From Candidatus Hadarchaeum sp. (GTDB lineage: Archaea > Hadarchaeota > Hadarchaeia > Hadarchaeales > Hadarchaeaceae): DNA of 64,000 nt. A program made the translations under genes and the position numbers. The notes under the pieces are model-generated. The model had not been told where the DNA came from, searched no databases, and saw only the letters and a list, made by a program, of their open reading frames with translations. Positions within the stretch are counted from its first letter, which is position 1, and every line of letters begins with the position of its first letter. Shown here piece after piece: positions 1 through 8,924 of this stretch. The stretch covers positions 622 to 64,621 of the forward strand of contig DYFS01000002.1 in NCBI GenBank assembly GCA_020725055.1, given 5' to 3'.

Positions 1-2030
1 GTGTTCTGATAGATGGCTGCTTTAGCACCATGTACTATTTCCGCATTGCCGCTGTAAATAGACCTCCATTGTTGCCAAAACTCAGCAAAGGTATTAAAAC
101 TTCTGGTAGTATCCGAGAAAAGTACCCATATGTTACTGAAGGGTAACGAAATGGTATCGCTGCCATCATTATTGCTATCGATGATATCCCAGAGCGAGGC
201 CGCTACACGACCTTCAACCGTGTCGCCTGTATCAAACCACAACATATCTGCGTCTAACTCTAATCCTATACGACCGCCATAGTGTGCATGCATGAAGTTT
301 TCACAACAACCCCATGCCCAGTACGGGTCATTTTGCACGGCCAATGGGTAGAAATCTGCCCAGCCTTCGGACCATGCGGTGGTTGCATTGCTTGCGCTCT
401 CTATGAAATGGTTTTCGATGTAATCTGGAGGCTGAACTACGCCGCGTATCATATGCATGATGTAATGCCCATATTCATGTTGTAGAATGTCTCGGCTTCT
501 GTTATAACCCACCTCAACCTCGATCCATTTACCTATCTCAATTCCCCACAAGTAGTACACGACATAGCCCGTTCCAGCTGTTGGATATTCCACAGTTATT
601 TCCGGCATATCGTAGTTAACAGTATCGTAAAGATATTCCCAAGCGTTGTTAACATACGTAAGGATGCGTCCGATCCCTTGCTGTGTTTCATCCGCACCCA
701 GCAGTACATTTCCGAGATCTAACACACCGTCTGGAACGTCATAACTATCGTACCAGGTAGCGTAGTATGTACCGCCAAGCCAGCCGGGGGATTTTACGTT
801 GACGATACCATTTTGGGCAAAAATCTGTACGACGATATCAAGGGTGCCGGATTCACCAAACTCTGAATCTACATTTGATATCGGGCCGTAAGTGAACTCG
901 CCATTTGCATCTGTCAAAAGCTCGGTGAGAAGGGACCATCCCCACCACTCTTTATCAAAAATCTTGATTTTTGCCCACTTCAGTGGGCGAGAATAATCGT
1001 GTTCATCCTTATACAATACACGACCTGTTATCGTCAGCGAGGAACTCTGTAATTGTGTTCGCGCAGTTTCCCTATACTCGGGAGGGATCTCAGACTCCGA
1101 CAATTCTACGAGCTCCAACTTCGGGGGAGGTGGGGCATAACTCACCGAGGCATCATTTTCTCCAACTTCAACATAAAGATAGCTTCTGTCTTTAAGACGA
1201 TGCTCGCCGTTAACCAACTCAGCGAGTGTTCTTATCTCATAATCGCCAACCTCGAGTGCTTTCACTTTTAACGTAAATTCAACCTTGGAACTTTTTTCAA
1301 TCTTGCCCCTCCAGCTCTTATCTCCACTCACCACGGCGAAAGCATCTGGTAATTCAACTTGGGCTGTAACATCTGGCGCGTCGAATGCTGATTCTATATC
1401 GCATGAAAGATCCACTACTCGACCTAAAACTGGCGGATCGGAAAGGGATAGATTCACGCTAAGAGGGGGACGAGGTACGCTAGTGAATGGCAGCGGTTGC
1501 AAGTTCTCATTTTTGAGAGGAGGGCTTGATGGCGCATTCTCTACCCAAGCCGAGTTTTCTGTAACTGTAACATAAAGGTGGGAACCGAAGCCGCTACCGC
1601 CCCCAGCCATAAGCCCATACGCTCTTATGTGCCACCCTACTCCAGTTTGAACAGCTTTTATAGTCCCGCTTATTTCAATCGGTTGATTTAAAACCAATGT
1701 AATATTTTCGAGTAGAGTTCTGTTGTCTACGATTGTTCTTCCTTCAGGGATTTCGCCCACCCAAACGAATCCTTCAGGTAGCACGATCCCAACGGAACAA
1801 GATAGCTCGTTTTCCCTGCCCAGAGTTCTGGGGGTTATGACATACGTTAAAGTGGCGGTTTGATTCAACGCGGGCGGATCATGTAGAAGAAATATTCCCT
1901 TTACCCCCGGAGCAGGGGGGATCGAGAGCTGGTTACTAAGCAGGTACCTCCCTACGAGAGCACCCCCTATTGCTATTGCAACGGCAGTGATTATTAATGC
2001 AATACGTAATTGTTTTAACATTTTTTTCAT
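1..2030 (-). CDS. Secreted or membrane-anchored HExxH zinc metallopeptidase. The ATG is at 2030 and the C-terminus runs off the window start, so the gene is partial.
   Basis: The reverse-strand translation starts MKKMLKQLRIALIITAVAIAIGG (signal/TM) and later shows LQHEYGHYIMH, an HExxH zinc motif, near 400-460. There is no stop before position 1. It is absent from the ORF track only because it is open at the edge. Confidence 0.5.
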   Translation of the reverse strand, partial: MKKMLKQLRIALIITAVAIAIGGALVGRYLLSNQLSIPPAPGVKGIFLLHDPPALNQTATLTYVITPRTLGRENELSCSVGIVLPEGFVWVGEIPEGRTIVDNRTLLENITLVLNQPIEISGTIKAVQTGVGWHIRAYGLMAGGGSGFGSHLYVTVTENSAWVENAPSSPPLKNENLQPLPFTSVPRPPLSVNLSLSDPPVLGRVVDLSCDIESAFDAPDVTAQVELPDAFAVVSGDKSWRGKIEKSSKVEFTLKVKALEVGDYEIRTLAELVNGEHRLKDRSYLYVEVGENDASVSYAPPPPKLELVELSESEIPPEYRETARTQLQSSSLTITGRVLYKDEHDYSRPLKWAKIKIFDKEWWGWSLLTELLTDANGEFTYGPISNVDSEFGESGTLDIVVQIFAQNGIVNVKSPGWLGGTYYATWYDSYDVPDGVLDLGNVLLGADETQQGIGRILTYVNNAWEYLYDTVNYDMPEITVEYPTAGTGYVVYYLWGIEIGKWIEVEVGYNRSRDILQHEYGHYIMHMIRGVVQPPDYIENHFIESASNATTAWSEGWADFYPLAVQNDPYWAWGCCENFMHAHYGGRIGLELDADMLWFDTGDTVEGRVAASLWDIIDSNNDGSDTISLPFSNIWVLFSDTTRSFNTFAEFWQQWRSIYSGNAEIVHGAKAAIYQN

Positions 2031-2082
2031 CCTCGGTCAAGTAAATAATTTTTGACTTCTACTAAATAAATCGATGTTATAG

Positions 2083-2457
2083 TTAAAGACATAAGTATCG
2101 AAACATTTCGTCCGCAAAAAAATCCTTGTTTTTGATCTGTTTTCTAATCACGCGTTTCATTTCCTTTGTGCTGTATAAGAGCTTGTTCCCGAGCTCTTTT
2201 TTGATGTCTTTCCCGCGCGGCTCAACGGGGTTGAGCTCGGGCGTGTATGGCAGGAAGAACACGAACTTCAGCCTGTGTTCGTTCGCCGCAGCCCACGCTT
2301 TCACCTTCTTCCCTCTGTGCCACCGTGCGTTGTCCAGCAGAAGCAGAACTTTTTTTCTCTTTTTCAGCAGCTTGCGGAGAAATGCGATGAATACCCGTTG
2401 ATTCACCCTCTTGCTGAACTGACACCAGAAGCTGCGTCTCCCGAGCGCACCTGTCAT
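2083..2457 (-). CDS. IS630 transposase OrfB (DDE catalytic part). It is probably expressed as an OrfAB fusion by a -1 frameshift at 2615-2621.
   Basis: DNARWH and LPYTPELNPVE motifs. The -1 frame is open from the A7 run (2615-2621, minus strand) down to this ORF. The fusion reads ...HFKKK|IHRLIGRY...ALYCLDESAIVLQPYLTYCW...MTGALG. Confidence 0.55.
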   Translation of the reverse strand: MTGALGRRSFWCQFSKRVNQRVFIAFLRKLLKKRKKVLLLLDNARWHRGKKVKAWAAANEHRLKFVFFLPYTPELNPVEPRGKDIKKELGNKLLYSTKEMKRVIRKQIKNKDFFADEMFRYLCL

Positions 2458-2543
2458 GTAAAATCGTTCTCGGCTGTGATTGACGGCGGCGGTTGGCCTA
2501 CCACCCCGTCTGTGCCAACAATATGTCAGATATGGCTGCAGGA

Positions 2544-3119
2544 CTATTGCGCTCTCGTCCAGACAGTAGAGCGCGAATCCGCGCGCCCTGTATCTTCCGA
2601 TGAGTCGGTGAATCTTTTTTTAAAATGCTCCTGCGAGCGTTTTGGCGCGGCTTTGTAGTGCCTCTGTCTGGGCTTCTGGCAGGTGAAGCCGAGCTTGTGC
2701 AGCAACCTCGTCATGTGGCGCTCCACAAATGAGGCGCCGAATCTCTTTCGCACGTGTTCTTGTACAAGCTTTCTCGTCCACAGCTGCTCACCGTATCCGC
2801 ACGCCTGCGGACCTTTCAAAAGATCCGCTCTCAACTGTTTCAGTTGGCTCTTTTTCAGCTTGGGCGGTCTCCCTGGCTGTTTCTTATCACGAACACCAGC
2901 TAAGCCACGCTGTTCAAATCTGTGTAGCCAGCCATGTACAGTTCGTCTCGGCTTGTTAATCGATGCCGCGATATCATCTATTGACAGCCCTTCCTTCCTC
3001 TTTATCGCGGCAAGCAGCCTGAGCTTTCCCTTCGCGCTGTCCTCTTTATCATACAGCAAACGAAGCATACGCAAGGGTACCCCGCGCAAAAATGCATCGC
3101 CACGTTTGAGTTCCCACAT
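2544..3119 (-). CDS. IS630 transposase OrfA (HTH DNA-binding part)
   Basis: MWELKRGDAFLRG...GRPPKLKKSQLKQL is a helix-turn-helix of the IS630/Tc1 type. It ends just after an A7 run. Confidence 0.6.
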   Translation of the reverse strand: MWELKRGDAFLRGVPLRMLRLLYDKEDSAKGKLRLLAAIKRKEGLSIDDIAASINKPRRTVHGWLHRFEQRGLAGVRDKKQPGRPPKLKKSQLKQLRADLLKGPQACGYGEQLWTRKLVQEHVRKRFGASFVERHMTRLLHKLGFTCQKPRQRHYKAAPKRSQEHFKKRFTDSSEDTGRADSRSTVWTRAQ

Positions 3120-3183
3120 GAAACCACCTCCATTTTTACAGGGAAGAGGTGGTTTATAAAAGTTCCTAAATTAAAGTCTTAAC

Positions 3184-3833
3184 CTATAGATTAACGTTAG
3201 GTGGAGATGATAAAGGCTCAATAAAGACCTCAATCGGCCCATCGCTTGATGTTCGATCAAGAGAGTTGTCTAGGGTTGGATCGACAAATCCCGGCAAGCG
3301 AGGAGCAATCAATGGTTCCTCTTTGTAATTGGTGATGTACGCCGAGTTTTCTGAAACAAAAATCGAAATTTCTTTCATCTGCTCAGTAATACTGAAAGGA
3401 CTAGTGTAGATGTAACCGTTTTTTTCATTAACTTTCCTCAAACCATTCTCATATTCTATTCTGACGCGTATCGTCCACCCCCCCAACACTGACTGAAGTA
3501 ACTGCCCACGTGAAAGTTTTAGGAGTAGCATCGAACGTCAGATCCCCTTCCCAAGTGGTGTTATCACTAGTGACAAACCCCTCTGGCAAGAGCAACGTTA
3601 TTCTGACATGGCCTGAGAATATTCCATGCTTGAGCCAATCATCATGAAGAGATACGTAATATGTCAGGTTTGAGGTTTCATTTAATGGTGGCAAATTGAT
3701 CGAAGCGCAAATTTTGGACAAGCGGGAACACCTTGGAAGGTGTGGTGCTACCTGTAAATAACGAGAAGTATGTGTACCCCCCAACCGCTATTGTGACGAT
3801 TGCCACGAGTGCTACTACTTGAACTTTCCTCAT
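3184..3833 (-). pseudogene. Decayed gene for a secreted or membrane-anchored protein, truncated by IS630 copy 1
   Basis: Three consecutive minus-strand ORFs (3678-3902, 3449-3784, 3184-3531) join into one protein. It starts MRKVQVVALVAIVTIAVGG (signal/TM) only if two frameshifts are assumed. The final stop codon (3184-3186) lies inside the IS terminal repeat. The region is AT-rich. Confidence 0.4.
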
Positions 3834-3943
3834 CCCCGACTCACCTCTATTTGCCGCCCCGCATTTTAAAACACCACGCTGAAAGGCCCGGTCTCGCTCC
3901 ACTCCGAGTTCTCCATCCTATCGTACAAACGAAGGATTTAACA

Positions 3944-4129
3944 CTATCGAACCCTGAGCGCGTACTTGCCGGGGGCGCTGATGTTGAGCTTTTGGGCGAT
4001 CGCCGAGTTCGCCGGGTCGAGGATGATGACGTAGCCCGCCCAGTCGCTTGAGAGCGATGAGGTCTTGCAAACCGGACAAACGCTCCCAGGGGTGATCATG
4101 TGGCAGTTGCGGCAAGCCTTCTCGGTCAA
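3944..4129 (-). CDS. spt4: Transcription elongation factor Spt4 / RNA polymerase subunit E''
   Basis: 61 aa. It has a zinc ribbon (CRNCHMI...CPVCK) followed by DWAGYVIILDP. It sits immediately downstream of rpoE', as in other archaea. Confidence 0.8.
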   Translation of the reverse strand: MTEKACRNCHMITPGSVCPVCKTSSLSSDWAGYVIILDPANSAIAQKLNISAPGKYALRVR

Positions 4130-4704
4130 GCCTTCGCCTCCTTGGCCGCCTTACGCGCCTCCTCGATCCACTCGAGCTTGCCCAATCCAGGCTGGCGCAT
4201 CGTGAGCCCTATCTTGCCCGCCGCTCCCGCAGCCCCCGCAACCCCCCGCCTCATGCTCACCGTCACAATCCGCGCGCGGACCTTGTCGCCCTCCTTCAAA
4301 GCACGCTTTGTCTCTTTCCCGTAGAGGGAGCCCTTCTTCTTGTCGTACCCCACGAAGTCATCCGTGACCTGTGAGACGTGGATCAGCCCGTCAATCGGCC
4401 CAAGGCGCACGAAAGCCCCGAACTCAACTATCTCAACCACCTCGCCCAAAATCACCTCGTGCAGCTCGGGCCTGTATGTGAGGGCCTCCAAGGTGACGTC
4501 GTGGTAGCTGGCGCCATCCCCCATCACTATCTTTCCAGTACCGATCTCCTTGACCCCGGTGATCGCGAGCACCACACCGATGTCCTTGTCTGTTATCCCC
4601 TCATAGGTCTTGCGCAGGATATCGACGACAACTTCATCGAGCGGCTCCCCAAAGCGGCCCGGCGGCACCCGAACGGTATCGCGCACCGTCAAGATTCTGT
4701 ACAT
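4126..4704 (-). CDS. rpoE: DNA-directed RNA polymerase subunit E' (Rpb7 homologue, S1 domain)
   Basis: 192 aa with the conserved N-terminus and an S1 domain (LGEVVEIVEFGAFVRLGPIDGLIHVSQV). It overlaps spt4 by 4 nt. Confidence 0.8.
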   Translation of the reverse strand: MYRILTVRDTVRVPPGRFGEPLDEVVVDILRKTYEGITDKDIGVVLAITGVKEIGTGKIVMGDGASYHDVTLEALTYRPELHEVILGEVVEIVEFGAFVRLGPIDGLIHVSQVTDDFVGYDKKKGSLYGKETKRALKEGDKVRARIVTVSMRRGVAGAAGAAGKIGLTMRQPGLGKLEWIEEARKAAKEAKA

Positions 4705-6705
4705 TTATCCCAGCACCCCAGCCATCACGAAGATCAGTGCTACTATCGACATCAGCTTGATTAAAATGTTTAGCGACGGGCCCGCGGTGTCTTTGAACGG
4801 GTCCCCGACTGTGTCGCCGACCACGGCTGCCGCGTGCGTTGGTGTGCGCCTGCCCCCGAAGTGCCCCATCTCGATGAATTTCTTGGCGTTGTCCCAAGCC
4901 CCGCCGGCGTTCGCCATGAGGAGCGCAAAGATGAGCCCCGTGATGATGCTCCCCGCGAGAAAGCCGCCGAGCGCCGCTTTTCCAAGAACAAACCCCACTG
5001 CCACGGGCATTATTAGAGCCGTGATCCCGGGCGCTACGAGTTCCGTTAGTGCCCCCTTTGTGGCTATATCGATGCACCGCGCGTAGTCCGGCTTCGCCCT
5101 GCCCTCGAGTAACCCGGGGATTTGCCTGAACTGCCTCCGCACCTCCCCGACCATCCTGAAAGAATTCCTCCCAACCGCCATGATAGTCAACGCGCAGAAG
5201 AGCGCCACCACGCCACCGCCGAGGAACACGCCGGCCACAACTCGCGGCTCAAGCAAGTTCAACGCGGCAACGCCTGCTTTACGCGAATATGTCACGAAAA
5301 GCGCGACCGCCGTCAAAGCCGCTGCGCCTATCGCGAAGCCCTTGCATATCGCCTTCGTGGTGTTCCCAACGGAGTCGAGGGTATCCGTCACCCCTCGAAC
5401 TCTTTTTGGCATACCAGACTGCTCCACTATTCCGCCCGCGTTGTCAGCCACCGGGCCGTAGGCGTCCGAAGCAACTACCGTACCAGTGACCGAGAGCATC
5501 CCAACCCCAGCCAAACATATTCCGTAGAATCCGGCGAGCCCCCCGCCTAAGACCGCGTACGCAACCACCACTGACGCCGCTATCGCGACTATCGGGAGAA
5601 CCGTGCTGAACAGACCGATGGAGAAACCGCTCAGCAGATCTATGGCTGCCCCAGATTGCGCGGAACGGGCTATGAACTGGGCAGGGCGGTGAATCCTGTT
5701 TGTGAAATAATCCGATGTGAGGCCGATGACCACCCCCGCCACGAGGCCAGCAAGTATCGCGACGAAAAGCCTCCACCCGGTATCCCAACCGAACATGCGC
5801 TCCGCAACGAGGATTGAACCTATCGCCGTGATGGCGCACGCAGCTATCGTTGCGCTGTTGAGGGCGTAGCTCGGGTCGCACCCTTTCTTCACCCTGACGA
5901 AGGCGATGCTGATAATCGATGCGAGTATGCCGATCGCTGATATAACCAAAGGTAGGAGCACGGCGTTCGCACCAACGCCCAGCCCGGCTGTAACTCCCAT
6001 CATCATCGCAGCAACGATGCTCGCCACGTAAGATTCAAACAGATCCGCACCCATGCCTGCAACATCGCCGACGTTGTCCCCCACGTTGTCAGCTATCACC
6101 GCGGGGTTCCTCGGGTCGTCCTCGGGTATGCCGGCCTCGACCTTTCCGACGAGATCGGCCCCCACATCGGCGGTCTTGGTGTAGATGCCCCCACCCACCC
6201 TGGCGAAGAGCGCTACCGAACTCGCCCCAAAACAATAAGGCAGGATAAACTCAGGATTGCCGAACCAGGTGTAGAGCAGCAGCACGCCGAGGATGCCTAT
6301 ACCAACGACCGACATGCCCATCACAAGCCCGCCGCGGAACGCCACCTTGAGCGCCTTGCCGACGCCCGCGCGAGCCGCGGTCGCCGTCCTGGAGTTTGCT
6401 CTAACGGCGACGTGCATGCCCACGAATCCAGCGATCGTCGAAGAGAGCGCACCACCTATGAAGGCCACCGACGCCAGCCCCCCCCAACCAGGGGCGATGA
6501 AGAGCAGGGCTGCTATGATCGCCGCAACCGCCCAAATCGTTGTGTATTGCCTCTTCAGGTAGGCGCTTGCCCCTTGGTGAATCGCGCCGGATATCTCCCT
6601 GACCCTCGGAGGGCCCTGGTCCTCCCTGAGAACCAAGTAAGCCGATACCGCGGCGACGATGAGCGCAGCAACTCCCGTTATCAAAGGGATGAGTTCGAGC
6701 TCCAC
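4705..6705 (-). CDS. hppA: Membrane-bound H+/Na+-translocating pyrophosphatase
   Basis: 666 aa, polytopic. It carries the hallmark motifs GGIYTKTADVGADLVGKVE and DNVGDNVGDVAGMGADLFESY. Confidence 0.9.
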   Translation of the reverse strand: MELELIPLITGVAALIVAAVSAYLVLREDQGPPRVREISGAIHQGASAYLKRQYTTIWAVAAIIAALLFIAPGWGGLASVAFIGGALSSTIAGFVGMHVAVRANSRTATAARAGVGKALKVAFRGGLVMGMSVVGIGILGVLLLYTWFGNPEFILPYCFGASSVALFARVGGGIYTKTADVGADLVGKVEAGIPEDDPRNPAVIADNVGDNVGDVAGMGADLFESYVASIVAAMMMGVTAGLGVGANAVLLPLVISAIGILASIISIAFVRVKKGCDPSYALNSATIAACAITAIGSILVAERMFGWDTGWRLFVAILAGLVAGVVIGLTSDYFTNRIHRPAQFIARSAQSGAAIDLLSGFSIGLFSTVLPIVAIAASVVVAYAVLGGGLAGFYGICLAGVGMLSVTGTVVASDAYGPVADNAGGIVEQSGMPKRVRGVTDTLDSVGNTTKAICKGFAIGAAALTAVALFVTYSRKAGVAALNLLEPRVVAGVFLGGGVVALFCALTIMAVGRNSFRMVGEVRRQFRQIPGLLEGRAKPDYARCIDIATKGALTELVAPGITALIMPVAVGFVLGKAALGGFLAGSIITGLIFALLMANAGGAWDNAKKFIEMGHFGGRRTPTHAAAVVGDTVGDPFKDTAGPSLNILIKLMSIVALIFVMAGVLG

Positions 6706-6709
6706 ACCC

Positions 6710-7117
6710 TCACCAAATTCGACCGTCTAATGCAAGGTGTGACTTTTGCCTTAAAAATACCACAGGCACACCCAGCCCGCGGAGCCCTTTCCGCAGAGCC
6801 GCGTCAGTCGTAGCGGCTACGCAGTCGCCCCCACCAGCGGCGGCCAGAACAGCCTCATCCGCCGAGCCCCGGGCCTCGATTACCTTCCCGCGTTTGACCA
6901 ATGCCAGCGCGAGCCGGGCAGCCGACCGCTCAGCGGACGTGCCCAATTTGGAGAGTTTTTTTAGCTCTCCCACAACCGGCGATGGGACTACCAACACGTA
7001 ACGCCGCTCGACTAACCTATTTAGCTCGCTGATTACATCAACGCCGAACAACCCGGGTATCATCAGAAAACTCGTGTCAGCGATCACCTTTAACTCCGCC
7101 AAGTTTTCCCCTCGCAT
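6710..7117 (-). CDS. PIN-domain protein of the conserved aIF2gamma/RpoE neighbourhood (predicted RNA nuclease, Fcf1-like)
   Basis: 135 aa. The N-terminal IADTSFLM strand with an acidic residue is typical of PIN domains. Its position between aIF2gamma and rpoE' matches the conserved archaeal gene order. Confidence 0.5.
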   Translation of the reverse strand: MRGENLAELKVIADTSFLMIPGLFGVDVISELNRLVERRYVLVVPSPVVGELKKLSKLGTSAERSAARLALALVKRGKVIEARGSADEAVLAAAGGGDCVAATTDAALRKGLRGLGVPVVFLRQKSHLALDGRIW

Positions 7118-7139
7118 GACCTCAAATCGAACTGCACCG

Positions 7140-8372
7140 CTAGCCGATGATTCCGTGGCCTATGAGGCGCCACCTTCCGCCGATGCGCCTGCTTATCGCC
7201 ACCCTCGAGCCTCGCTCCGCACAAACAGGCAGCTTCAGCCGGGTTTCGACGGTGTTTCCGCGTGCGCTCGTTATCGCGCCCACCGTGGTTGTGGTGCCGA
7301 TGTTTATCATCAGCGGCTCCCCGGTGACGAGCGGCTTGACCTCTAGCTCCTCAGCCGTGCCGACGACGCGCTCCATCAGGTGGACGTCCAGAGTGAGCGC
7401 CTCCATGGTCGGCGGAAGGCTACCCGGCGCCCCCGCGACCGCCCCGGCCAAGCGATCCCCCTTGGTGAGCGCTGGGTCAAGCTTCGTACCAACACCCAAC
7501 AAACCACCCGGCAACGCCTCATCGACCGACTCGTCCCCGACCTGCAGGCTGACCACCTCCGAGGTGAGCGGCTGCCAGGAGGTCCTGCCCTTCTGCGTGA
7601 CCTGCACCCCCGGACGTATCTCCATCCGCTCGCCGACCCTCAACTTCCCCTGTACGAGCGAACCGCCGATCACGCCGCCTACAAGCTTCTCTGGCCTTGC
7701 CCCGGGGTGGTTGACGTCGAAAGAGCGTGCGACGCACACGCGCGGGGGTTTGGAGGGATCGTGCGCGGGGGTCGGGATCCGCTCCTCGATGGCGTTAATC
7801 AGCGCGTCGATGTTCGAGCGGTGGATTGCGGATATCGGGATGATTGGCGCGCCGGCCGCTGAGGTCCCATGGAGGAACTCCCTGATCTGATTGTAGTTTT
7901 CGACCACCTTCTCACGCGGGATGAGCTCTATTTTGTTCTGCGCCACGACGATGTTCTTCACGCCCAAGATGTCGAGCGCCATCAGGTGCTCCTTGGTCTG
8001 CGGCTTTGGGCATGGTTCATTTGCCGCGATCACGAGCACCGCGCCGTCCATGACCGCTGCCCCCGAGAGCATCGTCGCCATAAGGGTCTCGTGGCCTGGG
8101 GCATCGACGAAAGAGACACGGCGCAAGGATTCTGTCACAGAGCCGCAGTGAGAGCATCTTTCTTTGGTGGTGTAGCACGCGGGAGGATCGCAGGATGGGC
8201 ACTTTCTAAAAGTAACATCGGCGTATCCCAAGCGGATGGAGATGCCGCGGCGGATCTCCTCGCTGTGGGTGTCCGTCCAAATTCCAGAGAGGGCCTCGCA
8301 GAGTGTCGTTTTCCCGTGATCCACGTGCCCGACTAACCCGATATTCACAACAGCCTGAGGCATACCTACCAC
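7140..8372 (-). CDS. eif2g: Translation initiation factor aIF2 gamma subunit
   Basis: GTPase motifs [21 protein letters not shown] and NKIEL. A zinc knuckle ([21 protein letters not shown]) is also present. The true start is probably the ATG at 8363 (MPQAVVNIG). Confidence 0.9.
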   Translation of the reverse strand: MVGMPQAVVNIGLVGHVDHGKTTLCEALSGIWTDTHSEEIRRGISIRLGYADVTFRKCPSCDPPACYTTKERCSHCGSVTESLRRVSFVDAPGHETLMATMLSGAAVMDGAVLVIAANEPCPKPQTKEHLMALDILGVKNIVVAQNKIELIPREKVVENYNQIREFLHGTSAAGAPIIPISAIHRSNIDALINAIEERIPTPAHDPSKPPRVCVARSFDVNHPGARPEKLVGGVIGGSLVQGKLRVGERMEIRPGVQVTQKGRTSWQPLTSEVVSLQVGDESVDEALPGGLLGVGTKLDPALTKGDRLAGAVAGAPGSLPPTMEALTLDVHLMERVVGTAEELEVKPLVTGEPLMINIGTTTTVGAITSARGNTVETRLKLPVCAERGSRVAISRRIGGRWRLIGHGIIG

Positions 8373-8458
8373 TGTAAATTGGTGGCGCGGCTTTAGTTAT
8401 TAATGATTGGCTCACTCCGCGGTCTAGATTCCTCGCAATGTTTGTAAATTACGGGGTA

Positions 8459-8494
8459 ACAAACGTTTGACATGCCTGATAAACGTTTGACATC
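8459..8494. promoter_or_regulatory. Two copies of AAACGTTTGACAT in the S6e-aIF2gamma spacer, each with a perfect AAACGTTT palindrome. This is a candidate internal promoter or regulator site.
   Basis: The sequence reads gtaacAAACGTTTGACATgcctgatAAACGTTTGACATcatt. It is read directly from the 160-bp intergenic spacer upstream of aIF2gamma. Confidence 0.3.
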
Positions 8495-8531
8495 ATTAAA
8501 ATCGTAAACAGTGCAGTCATACGTCAAAATG

Positions 8532-8924
8532 CTATGCCTTCACCTCGGCTTTCTTGGGCACGAGCTCCTCGACCGGCTTCTCGCCCCGCTTCACTATTTT
8601 TGCGTTTATCTGCACGATGTCGTCCGAGATTGTCCGCCCGCGAACGCGCTTTCGCCTGCGCTCGCCCCGCTCCCGCGGCTTGTACCCCTGGCCGCCCGAG
8701 AGCACGAGGTAGACGCGCCCGGAACCCGAAACATCCGAGCGCATAGGGAAGCCGTCCTTATCCGTGCCCCCGGTTATCTCGAGCTCGTACCCCTGCAGGC
8801 CGACGATCGCGCCATCGAACTTCTCCCCGATTCTCAACCCGACCAGCTTCCTGGCGGCCGGCTCGTGCGCCTCGAGGGAGTAGGACTTCCTGCCTTCAGG
8901 ATCGGCCGCTACAACTTTAAACAC
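8532..8924 (-). CDS. rps6e: Ribosomal protein S6e
   Basis: 130 aa. Carries the S6e signature GYELEITGGTDKDGFPMRSDV and a basic C-terminal region. Confidence 0.85.
   Translation of the reverse strand: MFKVVAADPEGRKSYSLEAHEPAARKLVGLRIGEKFDGAIVGLQGYELEITGGTDKDGFPMRSDVSGSGRVYLVLSGGQGYKPRERGERRRKRVRGRTISDDIVQINAKIVKRGEKPVEELVPKKAEVKA

Larger units (their letters stand above)
2078..3188 (-). mobile_element. IS630-family insertion sequence, copy 1 (about 1.1 kb)
   Basis: Imperfect terminal inverted repeats, TATAGTTAAAGAC at 2078-2090 and GTCTTAACCTATA at 3176-3188, are flanked by TA. Inside is a two-frame transposase with an N-terminal HTH and a C-terminal DDE domain (LLLDNARWH...LPYTPELNPVE). Confidence 0.6.
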
